DNA from: Candidatus Yanofskybacteria bacterium
GTDB taxonomy: Bacteria > Patescibacteriota > Minisyncoccia > JACQLN01
Direction of reading: 5' to 3'
Length of the DNA: 64,000 nucleotides
Assembly: GCA_943359335.1 (NCBI GenBank)
Contig: CALRHC010000001.1
Coordinates: forward strand, 22,466-86,465
The position numbers were made by a program, and so were the translations under genes. Positions 1 through 9,512 of the stretch are shown one piece after another. The notes under the pieces are model-generated. The model saw only the letters and a program-made list of their open reading frames with translations. It was not told the DNA's origin and made no database searches. Within the stretch, counting starts at the first letter, position 1. Each line of letters starts with the position of its first letter.

Positions 1-2
1 AC

Positions 3-866
3 CCTTACTTTGTTTCTTCTGGTTTGAGTGGTCGCTATATCGAAAAGGCTAGCTTGGCTTTTGATCCTCAAACGTCTCGCCCCGAGGTTTTATTAGAATT
101 TGATTCTGAAGGTAAAGAGCTTTTTGCTCAAATAACTAAAAAGAATGTAGGCAAACAATTAGCTATTTATTTAGACGGCTTACCAATTTCGGCTCCAGTT
201 GTTCAACAAGAAATTTTAGATGGCAGTGCTCAAATAACAGGAAAATTTTCTATAGATGAAGCCAAAACATTGGTAGAGCGTTTAAATTCTGGTGCTTTGC
301 CTGTGCCTATTGAATTAATTTCTCAACAAAGTGTAGGCGCAACGCTTGGCCAAGTTTCTTTAGAGAAAAGTTTAACAGCAGGTATTATAGGTTTTATTTT
401 AGTGGTTATATTTATGATTGTTTGGTACAGAATGGCCGGCATCATGGCGGTTATTGCTTTAATAATTTATACAATAATTTCTCTTTCTATTTTTAAACTT
501 ATTCCGGTTACATTAACCTTGGCCGGTATTACAGGCTTTATTCTTTCTATAGGTATGGCGGTGGATGCTAACGTTTTAATATTTGAAAGAGTGAAAGAGG
601 AATTAAGAAGTGGTAAATCTTTTGGATTATCTTTAAGAGAAGGTTTTACTAGGGCATGGACATCTATTCGCGATTCCAATGTTTCCAGTTTAATAACGGC
701 TTTTGTGCTTTATATATTTGGTTCTAGTTTGGTTAGGGGTTTTGCGTTAACACTTATTATTGGTATTTTGGTTTCTATGTTTTCCGCTATTACATTAACC
801 AGAACATTTTTAAGGGCTTTCGAAGGCACAAGGTTAGAAAAAATAAAGTTTTTGTGGAGACAATAA
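3..866 (+). CDS. secD: Protein translocase subunit SecD (5'-truncated by window edge)
   Basis: Frame open from base 3; LNSGALPVP, GATLG, GMAVDANVLIFERVKEE motifs; six TM segments; followed by secF. Confidence 0.97.
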   Translation, partial: PYFVSSGLSGRYIEKASLAFDPQTSRPEVLLEFDSEGKELFAQITKKNVGKQLAIYLDGLPISAPVVQQEILDGSAQITGKFSIDEAKTLVERLNSGALPVPIELISQQSVGATLGQVSLEKSLTAGIIGFILVVIFMIVWYRMAGIMAVIALIIYTIISLSIFKLIPVTLTLAGITGFILSIGMAVDANVLIFERVKEELRSGKSFGLSLREGFTRAWTSIRDSNVSSLITAFVLYIFGSSLVRGFALTLIIGILVSMFSAITLTRTFLRAFEGTRLEKIKFLWRQ

Positions 867-867
867 T

Positions 868-1755
868 ATGATATCTATAATTCCTAACAGAAAATTTTAT
901 TTAACTATTTCGGCAATATTGGTTGTTGTTAGTATTTTGCCCGTTGTTTTTTGGGGTTTAAAGCTCGGTATAGATTTTACTGGTGGTTCACAATGGGAAG
1001 TAGAGTTTAAAGATAATCGACCTGCCAACGAAGAAGTTTTAAAATCTTTAGATTTTTATAAATTAGAAAATTCTGTTTTACAACCAACAGGAGACAGGGG
1101 TTTAATTTTAAAGTTTAGATCTGTTAACGAAAATACACACGAAGCAATGAAGCAAGATTTAAATTCTGTCTTTCCAATAGAAGAGAAAAAGTTTGATTCT
1201 ATAGGGCCAGTTATAGGCAAAGAACTTCAGAAAAAATCTTTAAAAGCGGTTATATATGTTCTAACTTTAATAGTTATTTATATTGCTTGGGCGTTTAGAA
1301 AAGTTTCTAAACCTGTTTCTTCTTGGAAATACGGAATAATTGCGATTATTGCTTTAGTGCACGACGTAACAATTCCAATGGGTGTATTTGCTACTCTTGG
1401 TCATTTTTATGGGGTAGAAATCGATGCTTATTTTATTACAGCTATTCTTACAATTTTAGGTTTTTCGGTTCACGATACCATTGTAGTTTTCGATAGAATA
1501 AGAGAAAACCTAAGAAAGAATCCTTCTGAAGGCTTTTCTGTAACTATAAATAACAGTGTTAACCAAACCCTTGCTCGTTCTATTAATACATCCCTTACCG
1601 TATTCTTAGTGCTTTTGGCTAGCTACCTATTAGGAGGGGAAAGTACGAAAAATCTATCACTTGTTCTGCTTATAGGGGTCTTTTTTGGGACTTATTCCTC
1701 TATATTTTTGGCGAGCCCTATTTTAAGCCTTTGGGCAGGTTCCAAGCATAAATAG
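868..1755 (+). CDS. secF: Protein translocase subunit SecF
   Basis: LGIDFTGG, GFSVHDTIVVFDRIREN, GTYSSIF motifs. Confidence 0.97.
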   Translation: MISIIPNRKFYLTISAILVVVSILPVVFWGLKLGIDFTGGSQWEVEFKDNRPANEEVLKSLDFYKLENSVLQPTGDRGLILKFRSVNENTHEAMKQDLNSVFPIEEKKFDSIGPVIGKELQKKSLKAVIYVLTLIVIYIAWAFRKVSKPVSSWKYGIIAIIALVHDVTIPMGVFATLGHFYGVEIDAYFITAILTILGFSVHDTIVVFDRIRENLRKNPSEGFSVTINNSVNQTLARSINTSLTVFLVLLASYLLGGESTKNLSLVLLIGVFFGTYSSIFLASPILSLWAGSKHK

Positions 1756-1782
1756 CATATTTCCTTGGGGTACGTAGGGTAT

Positions 1783-1811
1783 TTGACATATATTTTAGGT
1801 AGTGATAGTAT
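1783..1811 (+). promoter_or_regulatory. sigma70-type promoter
   Basis: TTGACA 1783-1788, 17-nt spacer, TG-N-TAGTAT 1806-1811. Confidence 0.6.
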
Positions 1812-1842
1812 ATAAAAGCTTAAAAGTTAATACTTAATCAAA

Positions 1843-2874
1843 ATGGTCAAGTTTGATATCAAAAAAATTGTTAGCCGATTAGTAGATAACCTATCGGACC
1901 GCTCAAAGGACATAATCTTGTCCCGATTTGGCATTGGTAAAGATGACTACGATACCCTAGAAGCTATAGGGCAACGCTATGGCATTACTCGTGAAAGGGT
2001 TAGACAGATAGAAGCCGACGCTTTAAAGCATATTAAAAGTGCTTCTAATGAATCTATTATAAAACCGGTAATAACTGTTTTAAATGAATTCATAAAATCT
2101 AACGGTGGTGTTATGGATGAAAATGATCTAAAAGCTAGTTTTGCTTCTAATCATTTTGAAACAAAGCCAGAACCTACAAATAAGTACGAAGGCGCTACAA
2201 TGTTTTTCTTAAACTTGGCGGGTTCATTTGTTAGAACAAAAGAAGACGAAAATTTTTGGCCTCGCTGGGCATTAGAAAATTCTTATGTAAAAAACCAAGA
2301 AGCTTTGGTTGCTCATTTAACTGGTCAATTAAAAAAAGAAAAGAAAGTTGTTGGTTTTGAAGAAATGATTAATTGGGCCAAAAAACATAATACTGTTTTA
2401 AACAAAGATATTGTTTTGGCTTACTTAGCTTCTGCTAAAAATATTTCTAAAAATTCTTTTAGTGAATGGGGAATGATTTCTTGGGCAGAAGTTTCTCCTC
2501 GCGGTGTTCGTGACAAAGCCTACTTGGTAATGAAGCGCACGCAAAAGCCTATGCACTTTACAGAAGTTGCAGGCGAAATTAACAAAGCCAGTTTTTCTAA
2601 ACGCGTAGCTTTGCCTCAAACAGTTCACAATGAACTTATTAAAGATGGTAGATTCGTTTTGGTTGGCCGTGGTTTGTATGCTCTAAAAGATTGGGGTTAC
2701 GAAGCTGGCACAGTTAAAGATGTAATCAAAAGCGTACTTGCAGCCAAGGGTCCAATGAACCGAGAAGATGTTGTAAAATCTGTTTTGGCTAAGCGTATGG
2801 TAAAACCAAGTACAATTATTTTAAATTTAAACGGTTTTAAAAAGAAAGACGATAACAAGTATTATTTACTCTAA
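1843..2874 (+). CDS. Sigma70 region-4-like HTH plus C-terminal winged-helix (HARE-HTH/RNAP delta-like) protein
   Basis: TLEAIGQRYGITRERVRQIE at N-terminus; PMHFTEVA...TVHNELIKDGRFVLVGRGLYAL at C-terminus. Confidence 0.75.
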   Translation: MVKFDIKKIVSRLVDNLSDRSKDIILSRFGIGKDDYDTLEAIGQRYGITRERVRQIEADALKHIKSASNESIIKPVITVLNEFIKSNGGVMDENDLKASFASNHFETKPEPTNKYEGATMFFLNLAGSFVRTKEDENFWPRWALENSYVKNQEALVAHLTGQLKKEKKVVGFEEMINWAKKHNTVLNKDIVLAYLASAKNISKNSFSEWGMISWAEVSPRGVRDKAYLVMKRTQKPMHFTEVAGEINKASFSKRVALPQTVHNELIKDGRFVLVGRGLYALKDWGYEAGTVKDVIKSVLAAKGPMNREDVVKSVLAKRMVKPSTIILNLNGFKKKDDNKYYLL

Positions 2875-2895
2875 TAAAGTTTAACTAAACTTTCA

Positions 2896-2928
2896 AAAAC
2901 AGCTCCGATCTTGTATCGGAGCTGTTTT
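2896..2928 (+). terminator. Intrinsic terminator hairpin
   Basis: AAAACAGCTCCGAT-cttgt-ATCGGAGCTGTTTT. Confidence 0.8.
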
Positions 2929-2987
2929 GTATTGTAGGCTTATGCTTAAGAATCTGTTCTTTAACTTTTAACTTCGAAAGGATAATT

Positions 2988-3374
2988 ATGGAAACTCCTT
3001 CCGTTGTAATGAATGAAGTTCAGGGGGAATTGTTTTTATTGAAAATGCTATTGAGTAATCTTAAGGCGGCGGAATTATTTATTTCTGCCGGTGTTGAAAT
3101 GGCGGATGCGTTAGTTGATTTATATCCTGCTGCCGATACAGTAGTTACAGAAAAGATGCGGCCCAAGACAATAGAATTTTTTAGATCGTTCGATAGGTCT
3201 ATGAATGCTCTTTCTAAGGATTTTCCAAAAGACTTAATCAAACAAGTCGAGAGTAGAGTAACTATTTTGGAAAAAACAACTACAGAAGGTTTGATAGATC
3301 AATCATCTAATGTTGGCACAGTACAAGGATCCGGAACTAATATTCATGATCCCGACCATACTGCAGAGTTGTAG
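2988..3374 (+). CDS. Hypothetical protein (orphan cassette)
   Basis: 128-aa ORF with AAAGGA SD and downstream hairpin plus T-run (3383-3413). Confidence 0.6.
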   Translation: METPSVVMNEVQGELFLLKMLLSNLKAAELFISAGVEMADALVDLYPAADTVVTEKMRPKTIEFFRSFDRSMNALSKDFPKDLIKQVESRVTILEKTTTEGLIDQSSNVGTVQGSGTNIHDPDHTAEL

Positions 3375-3539
3375 TTACTGTTTCGTCCCTAATAAAATGG
3401 GGACGATTTTTTTGTCTTCAAAAATTAGCCCGAGTAAAATCTAAAAATCACATTATATTTGACATATAGTCAAATATTTGCTTTAATTTACACTCGTGTT
3501 CCTTGATTTTTTACTTTAATACCTTAAGTGGAGGTTGCA

Positions 3540-5474
3540 ATGATTCGTCGTCTGCTTTGTCTTTTTGCTATTTTGCTAGGCTTAAACGCCTGCGATAGCA
3601 AACGTGATGCGAACAAGATTTTGTCGCCAAATGTGGATGAAGAAGTGGTGGTCGCCCAAACGGAAAAAGAAGATACATCTTCTTGGGATTTAACCAAGGA
3701 TGTGTCTCTAGATTCTGTGCTGGCTATGCCAGTAGGTACAAAGATGTATTTTCGTACGGCTTTCGTCGGTAAGGTTTTGGAAGATTTCGAAGTCACTTTA
3801 GGTTATGGCAAAGTCGTATATGACCTCACTGCGCCGATGCCAGTGATACACTTGATAGCTTCCGACTCGAGGCTAATCGCTTTGGGTGGAGTATCTCACG
3901 GTATGAGTGGATCCCCAGTTTTTACCAAGGACGGCAAGGTCGGTGCGTTATCCATGAGTTTCGATGAGCAGACTGAGGACAAGAACATTGCTTTTTTTGC
4001 GACGTCGATTGAATGGATGAGGAAGGAAATTCCCAACAAGGAAATCAGGCTGGGTAAGCCGGTGGTTTGGAGGGGGTACATTGTAAGGCCATTGGCTCTT
4101 CCTCTGCTGATGTCTGGCGTTAACAATCATCTGATGAATGCGGCCATTCTCGAATACGCCGACAAACTGGGCGACGGCAATCTCAATATGTTATCGGCAT
4201 CAGGTTCGGCCGGAGCCGGTGGTAATATTGAACAGAAGTTTGAAGATGGTAGCCCGTTGACCGGAGTATTATTTACGGGAGACGAGGTGATCATCGGTGC
4301 CACAGGAACGGCAACCGATGTCCGAGGCAATAACATTTTCGGTTTCGGCCATCCCTGGTGGGGTAACGGGCAGACTTCGTTAGCCATGGTGGCCACCGAA
4401 ATTCTGGCCGAGGTTAGTGGTCCGTCGCCGTTCAAGTTAGCCAGGTTGGGCAATAAGGTTCTTGGGGAAATTATTTACGACCGTATGCCTGGAGTTGGGG
4501 GAGTTTTGGGCCAAATGCCCGAAATGATTCCCTTGGTTTTTAACGCTTCAATTTTTGGCGAGAAGGCGTTAAGCATGAATCATCAAATGTCTCCGGTAGT
4601 TTTATCCGGTTTCGACATGTTCATGCAGGCCATAATGGCCGGTACCACACTTCTTTCTCCTCTGGCCAATAGGCTAGACAATGCCAACGACAAAAGTTTG
4701 ATAGTTCGGACCAAAATCGACTTTAAGGGTTCTAACTTGAAGGTTGATTTTGAAAGGACTTATGCCCAGCCTCATGCTGGTGTATTGGATTTGATGAATG
4801 GTCCTTTGTTTGGTTTTGTTAATGCCTATTTAGGTTCTGTGGGTAACGATTATGCTGATCTGAAAGTTAGCAACATCCAAATGAATGTGGATGTTGTGGA
4901 CGAACCTTTGTTCGCAATCATACAAGGCTTCGAGGCGGATAGTGTCGTTACCGCTGGTAGTGATTTGCCAGTTAAGATCAGTTTAAGGGTTGGAGCAACT
5001 AAAGACGTCGATCTTAACTTGGCTTTTGCTGTGCCGGATAGTTTTGAGGCCGGCATCTATAGCCTGACGGTGGGTTCACTCGCAGCTTTGGAATATTCTT
5101 CCTATGAACCTTCCGATCCGAGCAAGTTTAAAAATCTGGAAGATGTGTTTGAAGACATCAACGAGGTTGATGGTAGTACCACTTTAAAGCTGGTTTTGTC
5201 TTTCAACGAGCCTTTGCCAGTGGAGGCCCCAGATAGCTTGGTGATTGTTGTGCCTGATACAGTAGTTGTGCCTGCTGATACAGTAAAGGTGGATTCACTG
5301 ATGCCTGTGCCACCACCAGTGATGGGTGGTGGTTCGATTGTGTCCTCACCAGGATTGCTACCTCCTTATCAAGAATCTATTGTCTATAACGATAAAGCCA
5401 GTATGGAAAAAAAGATAGACTGGGTTTTGCAGTATGATACAGGTACGGTTAAGGTGAAGGCGATGAAGAAGTAA
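3540..5474 (+). CDS. SpoIVB peptidase S55-like lipoprotein
   Basis: GGAGG 3530-3534 favours ATG 3540; lipobox LLGLNA-C; GGVSHGMSGSPV motif and FGFGHP. Confidence 0.75.
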   Translation: MIRRLLCLFAILLGLNACDSKRDANKILSPNVDEEVVVAQTEKEDTSSWDLTKDVSLDSVLAMPVGTKMYFRTAFVGKVLEDFEVTLGYGKVVYDLTAPMPVIHLIASDSRLIALGGVSHGMSGSPVFTKDGKVGALSMSFDEQTEDKNIAFFATSIEWMRKEIPNKEIRLGKPVVWRGYIVRPLALPLLMSGVNNHLMNAAILEYADKLGDGNLNMLSASGSAGAGGNIEQKFEDGSPLTGVLFTGDEVIIGATGTATDVRGNNIFGFGHPWWGNGQTSLAMVATEILAEVSGPSPFKLARLGNKVLGEIIYDRMPGVGGVLGQMPEMIPLVFNASIFGEKALSMNHQMSPVVLSGFDMFMQAIMAGTTLLSPLANRLDNANDKSLIVRTKIDFKGSNLKVDFERTYAQPHAGVLDLMNGPLFGFVNAYLGSVGNDYADLKVSNIQMNVDVVDEPLFAIIQGFEADSVVTAGSDLPVKISLRVGATKDVDLNLAFAVPDSFEAGIYSLTVGSLAALEYSSYEPSDPSKFKNLEDVFEDINEVDGSTTLKLVLSFNEPLPVEAPDSLVIVVPDTVVVPADTVKVDSLMPVPPPVMGGGSIVSSPGLLPPYQESIVYNDKASMEKKIDWVLQYDTGTVKVKAMKK

Positions 5475-5482
5475 GCTCTTTA

Positions 5483-5514
5483 GAGCGAAGCGGAAAAACC
5501 GCTTCGCTCTTTTT
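5483..5514 (+). terminator. Intrinsic terminator
   Basis: GAGCGAAGCGG-aaaaa-CCGCTTCGCTC followed by T-run. Confidence 0.85.
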
Positions 5515-5554
5515 ATTTTATTAAGATAATAAAAGTGATAAAATATAATATAAG

Positions 5555-6871
5555 ATGTTGCAAAATCCGTTTAGTTTAATATTCGATATTTTGGGAGTAG
5601 TCTCACACCATATTTGGTTATGGGGTTGGGTTTTTTTGCCGATTCTTTTGGCACCATTTTTATGGGATGCCTATATGTACCACATTCGTATTAAAACTTT
5701 AAAAAAATTTAAATGGCAGATGTTGGAATTTCGCTTACCGCCAGATGTGGAAAAAAGCCCATTGGCAATGGAACAGGTTTTAGCAATCTTACAAAGCACT
5801 CTTTTTAAAGGTGGTTGGTGGAAACGCTATGTGGAAGGGCGCGTTCAAGAATGGTTTAGTTTAGAAATAACTTCTTTCGAAGGCGAATTACATTTTTATA
5901 TTCGAACACTTGGGCAATTTAGAAATTTAGTTGAGGCGGCAATTTATGCACAATATCCACAAGCCGAAATTTTTGATGCTGAAGATTATACGGCAAACGT
6001 TCCAGCAATAATCCCAAACGAAACCCACGACCTTTTTGGTTGCGAACTTAAATTGGCACGTGAAGATGGTTACCCAATACGCACCTATAAAGATTTCGAA
6101 TTAAAGACCGAAAGTAGCAAAGAAGGTGGTTCTAATATTTCTTTGGTGGATCCTTTGGCGGGCATAGCCGAAACAATGACGCGTTTAAAAAAAGGTGAAC
6201 AAGCTTGGATTCAAATCGCTATAAGACCAACCGATGACGGTTGGAAAAAAGTAGCAATGGAGACGGTTTTAAAATTAGTCGGGCGCCCTAAAAAAGAAGT
6301 GCCACAGGGTTCTTATATGTGGGCGTTACTTAAAAAAGAATTATCCGATTTTGCTAAGGGAGCAGTGCAAGCGCCTTTTAAAACTCCGGAATTTGAACCT
6401 TTTGAATGGGGTTCACCAAAAAGTGATAAGCCTCACTCATTAATGCAGTTTCTTACTTCGGGTGAAAAAGAAATTATAGAGGCAATAGAAAGAAAAACCT
6501 CTAAAGTGGGTTTTGAGACAGTTATTAGAGTTGTGTATATAGGTACTAAAGAAGCTTTTTATATACCAACATTTTTTCAGGTGGCTTCCGGTTTTAACCA
6601 GTTTAGTACACAAAATTTAAATTCTATAAAAAGAGATGGCGCCACATTAACTGCAGGAAAATTTCCTTTTAAAAAATTTAAAGAAATGCAAAAGAAGAAG
6701 TGGATGTTATATAAATATAGAATTCGCGGCCGACCAGATACTATGTTTGTAATGAATACAGAAGAACTGGCAACACTTTACCACTTCCCAGGACGAGTTG
6801 TTATGGCGCCAAGCTTGCCTAGAGTTCAAGCTAAAAAAGGCGAACCACCAGCAGGATTACCCAGTTATTAG
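5555..6871 (+). CDS. Conserved CPR membrane-anchored protein usually paired with a VirD4-like ATPase
   Basis: N-terminal TM; WFSLEI, AIYAQYPQAEI, EELATLYHFP, KGEPPAGLP motifs. Confidence 0.65.
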   Translation: MLQNPFSLIFDILGVVSHHIWLWGWVFLPILLAPFLWDAYMYHIRIKTLKKFKWQMLEFRLPPDVEKSPLAMEQVLAILQSTLFKGGWWKRYVEGRVQEWFSLEITSFEGELHFYIRTLGQFRNLVEAAIYAQYPQAEIFDAEDYTANVPAIIPNETHDLFGCELKLAREDGYPIRTYKDFELKTESSKEGGSNISLVDPLAGIAETMTRLKKGEQAWIQIAIRPTDDGWKKVAMETVLKLVGRPKKEVPQGSYMWALLKKELSDFAKGAVQAPFKTPEFEPFEWGSPKSDKPHSLMQFLTSGEKEIIEAIERKTSKVGFETVIRVVYIGTKEAFYIPTFFQVASGFNQFSTQNLNSIKRDGATLTAGKFPFKKFKEMQKKKWMLYKYRIRGRPDTMFVMNTEELATLYHFPGRVVMAPSLPRVQAKKGEPPAGLPSY

Positions 6872-6896
6872 CTTCATTAGCTTTCAGCTTCTTTAG
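6868..6896 (+). repeat. Left arm of AGCT-unit tandem/inverted repeat flanking four-helix-bundle gene
   Basis: TTAGCTTCATTAGCTTTCAGCTTCTTTAG. Confidence 0.85.
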
Positions 6897-6903
6897 ATAT
6901 TAG

Positions 6904-7266
6904 ATGATAAATTCTTACAAAGATTTAATTGTTTGGCAAAAATCATTGAAGTTATCATTGTTGGCTTATGAACTTACCGAAAAATTTCCAAAAGAAGAAA
7001 TCTATGGCTTAACATCGCAAATAAGAAGATCGGCAGTATCAATACCGTCTAATATAGCTGAAGGAAGATATAGAGGGACAAAAAATGATTTTACTCAGTT
7101 TTTAAGAATAGCTTATTCTTCGGGCGCAGAATTAGAGACACAAATAGAAATAGCTAGAAATTTATCAAAGACAAAAGATTTAGATTATTCAAAAATAGAT
7201 ATTTTAATAGTAGAGGTTATGAAGATGTTAAATGTTATGATAAGAAATATAAATCCTAAAAGCTAA
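6904..7266 (+). CDS. Four helix bundle protein (23S rRNA IVS protein family, TIGR02436-like)
   Basis: SYKDLIVWQKS, FPKEEIYGLTSQIRRSAVSIPSNIAEG, FLRIAYSSGAELETQ. Confidence 0.93.
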   Translation: MINSYKDLIVWQKSLKLSLLAYELTEKFPKEEIYGLTSQIRRSAVSIPSNIAEGRYRGTKNDFTQFLRIAYSSGAELETQIEIARNLSKTKDLDYSKIDILIVEVMKMLNVMIRNINPKS

Positions 7267-7290
7267 AGAAGCTAGTGAAGCTAAAAGCTA
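7256..7290 (+). repeat. Right arm of AGCT-unit tandem/inverted repeat
   Basis: CTAAAAGCTAAAGAAGCTAGTGAAGCTAAAAGCTA, imperfect reverse complement of 6868-6896. Confidence 0.85.
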
Positions 7291-9005
7291 TGAATGACGA
7301 AATAACTTTATTTGCCGAAACAAATTTTAGAAACGAGAAGCGTCGTTTTGGTATTAAAAAAGACGATCGCCGCAGGCACACCTATATTATTGGAAAAACC
7401 GGTATGGGTAAAACGACCATGCTCGAAAACATGATTATTTCGGATATTATTCATGGCAAGGGTTTAGGTTTTATAGACCCACACGGGGATTCGGCCGAGA
7501 AAATTTTAGAATTTGTTCCACCAGAACGCATAAACGATGTAATTTATTTCGATCCTTCCGATTTAGAAATGCCTATAGCTTTTAATGCTATAGAAAATGT
7601 TGAAGCCGAAAAAAAGCATTTAGTAGCTTCGGGTTTGATGGGTGTGTTTAAAAAAATCTGGCCCGATGTATGGTCGGCCAGAATGGAATATATTTTAAAC
7701 AATACTATTTTAGCTTTGCTAGATTACCCTGGCGCCACTATTTTGGGTATTATGCGAATGCTTTCTAATAAAGAATACCGCAAGCAAGTGGTGGATGAAA
7801 TTAAGGATCCAATGGTTAAATCTTTCTGGGTAGATGAATTTGCTAAGTATACAGATAGATTTGCGGCCGAAGCCACTCCAGCTATTCAAAACAAAGTTGG
7901 GCAGTTTTTATCGGCTGCGGTTATTCGTAATATTGTAGGCCAAGTAAATAGTGCTATGGATATGCGCAAGGTTATGGACGAAGGCAAGATTTTAATTATG
8001 AACCTTTCCAAGGGCAAAATCGGCGAAGATAATTCTAAACTTTTGGGTGGTTTGCTGGTTACAAAATTACAGTTAGCAGCTATGAGCCGTGTAGATATTC
8101 CCGAAGAAGACCGTAAAGATTTCTTTTTATACGTAGACGAGTTTCAGAATTTTGCGACAGAATCTTTTGGTAATATTCTTTCCGAAGCTCGCAAATATCG
8201 CTTAGCCCTTATTTTGGCTAATCAGTACATTGCTCAATTAGTGCAAAGCGTGGGTGGTTCTAAAAGCACAGCGGTGCGAGACGCAATATTTGGTAACGTT
8301 GGTACCCTAATTTCTTTTAGGGTAGGCGCCGAAGATGCCGAATATTTAGAAAAAGAATTTGCACCAGAATTTGTGGCAACCGATATTGTTAATTTAGCCA
8401 AATACAATGTTTACTTAAAACTTATGATAGACGGCGCAGCTTCGCGGGCTTTTTCGGCCACAACTTTAGCTCCATACCCAAAACCAGCTGTTAATAATCG
8501 CGATGCCATTATTAAACATTCTAGGGAAACTTATGGCACACCTCGCGAAGACGTAGAAAATGAAATAGCCGATTGGGCTGGTGTTAGAGATTTAATGCCA
8601 TCTAGTATAAAAGCAGCAAAAGCAGAAAGTGATGCTGCTTTTCGTGATGGTTACGATACAGAAGCCGCACCAGCGGTTTCTGCTTCCAAGCCAAAAAGCG
8701 ACAAAGATCTTTTTGAAGCTGTTTGTTGGGAGGGTGGGGAAAAAGTTTGGGTGCCATTTAAACCAGATGGAGTCCGCCCAATTTATTGTAAAAACCATTT
8801 ATATAAATTAAACGAAGTTAAACAGCAAGTTATTTTTGAACAGTTTAAACCAGTAAGTTTGAAAGATGCTTTGCAGAAGGGCGGCATAGTTAATCACATA
8901 GGTAATAATCCTCGTCCAAATAAAAAGAAAAATAAACCTAAAGAACCTCCAGCCGATATAGAAGGTTTGCGTTCGCTGCTTTCCGATATCAAGCCAACTA
9001 CTTAA
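7290..9005 (+). CDS. VirD4/TraG-like (HerA-FtsK superfamily) ATPase with degenerate C-terminal CxxC-x17-CxxC-like domain
   Basis: Walker A GKTGMGKT, Walker B LYVDEFQNF, SEARKY, LANQY; ATG 7290 preferred because GTG 7275 lies within the repeat. Confidence 0.8.
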   Translation: MNDEITLFAETNFRNEKRRFGIKKDDRRRHTYIIGKTGMGKTTMLENMIISDIIHGKGLGFIDPHGDSAEKILEFVPPERINDVIYFDPSDLEMPIAFNAIENVEAEKKHLVASGLMGVFKKIWPDVWSARMEYILNNTILALLDYPGATILGIMRMLSNKEYRKQVVDEIKDPMVKSFWVDEFAKYTDRFAAEATPAIQNKVGQFLSAAVIRNIVGQVNSAMDMRKVMDEGKILIMNLSKGKIGEDNSKLLGGLLVTKLQLAAMSRVDIPEEDRKDFFLYVDEFQNFATESFGNILSEARKYRLALILANQYIAQLVQSVGGSKSTAVRDAIFGNVGTLISFRVGAEDAEYLEKEFAPEFVATDIVNLAKYNVYLKLMIDGAASRAFSATTLAPYPKPAVNNRDAIIKHSRETYGTPREDVENEIADWAGVRDLMPSSIKAAKAESDAAFRDGYDTEAAPAVSASKPKSDKDLFEAVCWEGGEKVWVPFKPDGVRPIYCKNHLYKLNEVKQQVIFEQFKPVSLKDALQKGGIVNHIGNNPRPNKKKNKPKEPPADIEGLRSLLSDIKPTT

Positions 9006-9456
9006 ACTTTATAGGTATTTCTATTTTATCGTCGTGTTCGGGCAATCCGGATGGATTGTCTTTTTTTAGTATTAAAAAACCAGTGCTTGTTGTTGGTTCT
9101 TTTTCAAAATAAAATTCTTGAGAAAACGGAACAAAATCTGTGGTCATCCATTCTGCTTTTGCTTGAATTGGTTCTAAAAGTAAAACATTTTCATCTGCAT
9201 CTTTAAGTTCTATTGGAAACGAAGCTTCGAAATACCAATTGCCTCTGGCTTCGCCTTCTATTACAAATGGATTTGTTATAATATCCCCAGCTTTAATATT
9301 ATTAACTTTAATTAAATCTTTTTTAGCATCTATTTTTTCTTGGTAACTAGAAATAAATTCTTTAGAAAAAACCGGAGCATATTTTTTATAAACAAATAGT
9401 CCTAGTATAGAAATGGCTGTTACGAAGCAGATAAATATAAGTAATTTTTTAAGCAT
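8998..9456 (-). CDS. Gmad2 immunoglobulin-like domain protein
   Basis: N-terminal TM; GEARGNWYFEASFP, WMTTDFVPF, KDNPSGLPE. Confidence 0.8.
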   Translation of the reverse strand: MLKKLLIFICFVTAISILGLFVYKKYAPVFSKEFISSYQEKIDAKKDLIKVNNIKAGDIITNPFVIEGEARGNWYFEASFPIELKDADENVLLLEPIQAKAEWMTTDFVPFSQEFYFEKEPTTSTGFLILKKDNPSGLPEHDDKIEIPIKFK

Positions 9457-9512
9457 AGATTAAGTTTAAACCAGATGTGACAAAATATCCAAAAAATGAT
9501 ATTTATTAATTT

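Noticed and set aside
6904-7266. Four-helix-bundle gene as the Avd of a diversity-generating retroelement
   Set aside because: No reverse transcriptase and no TR/VR pair with adenine-specific mismatches seen in the window
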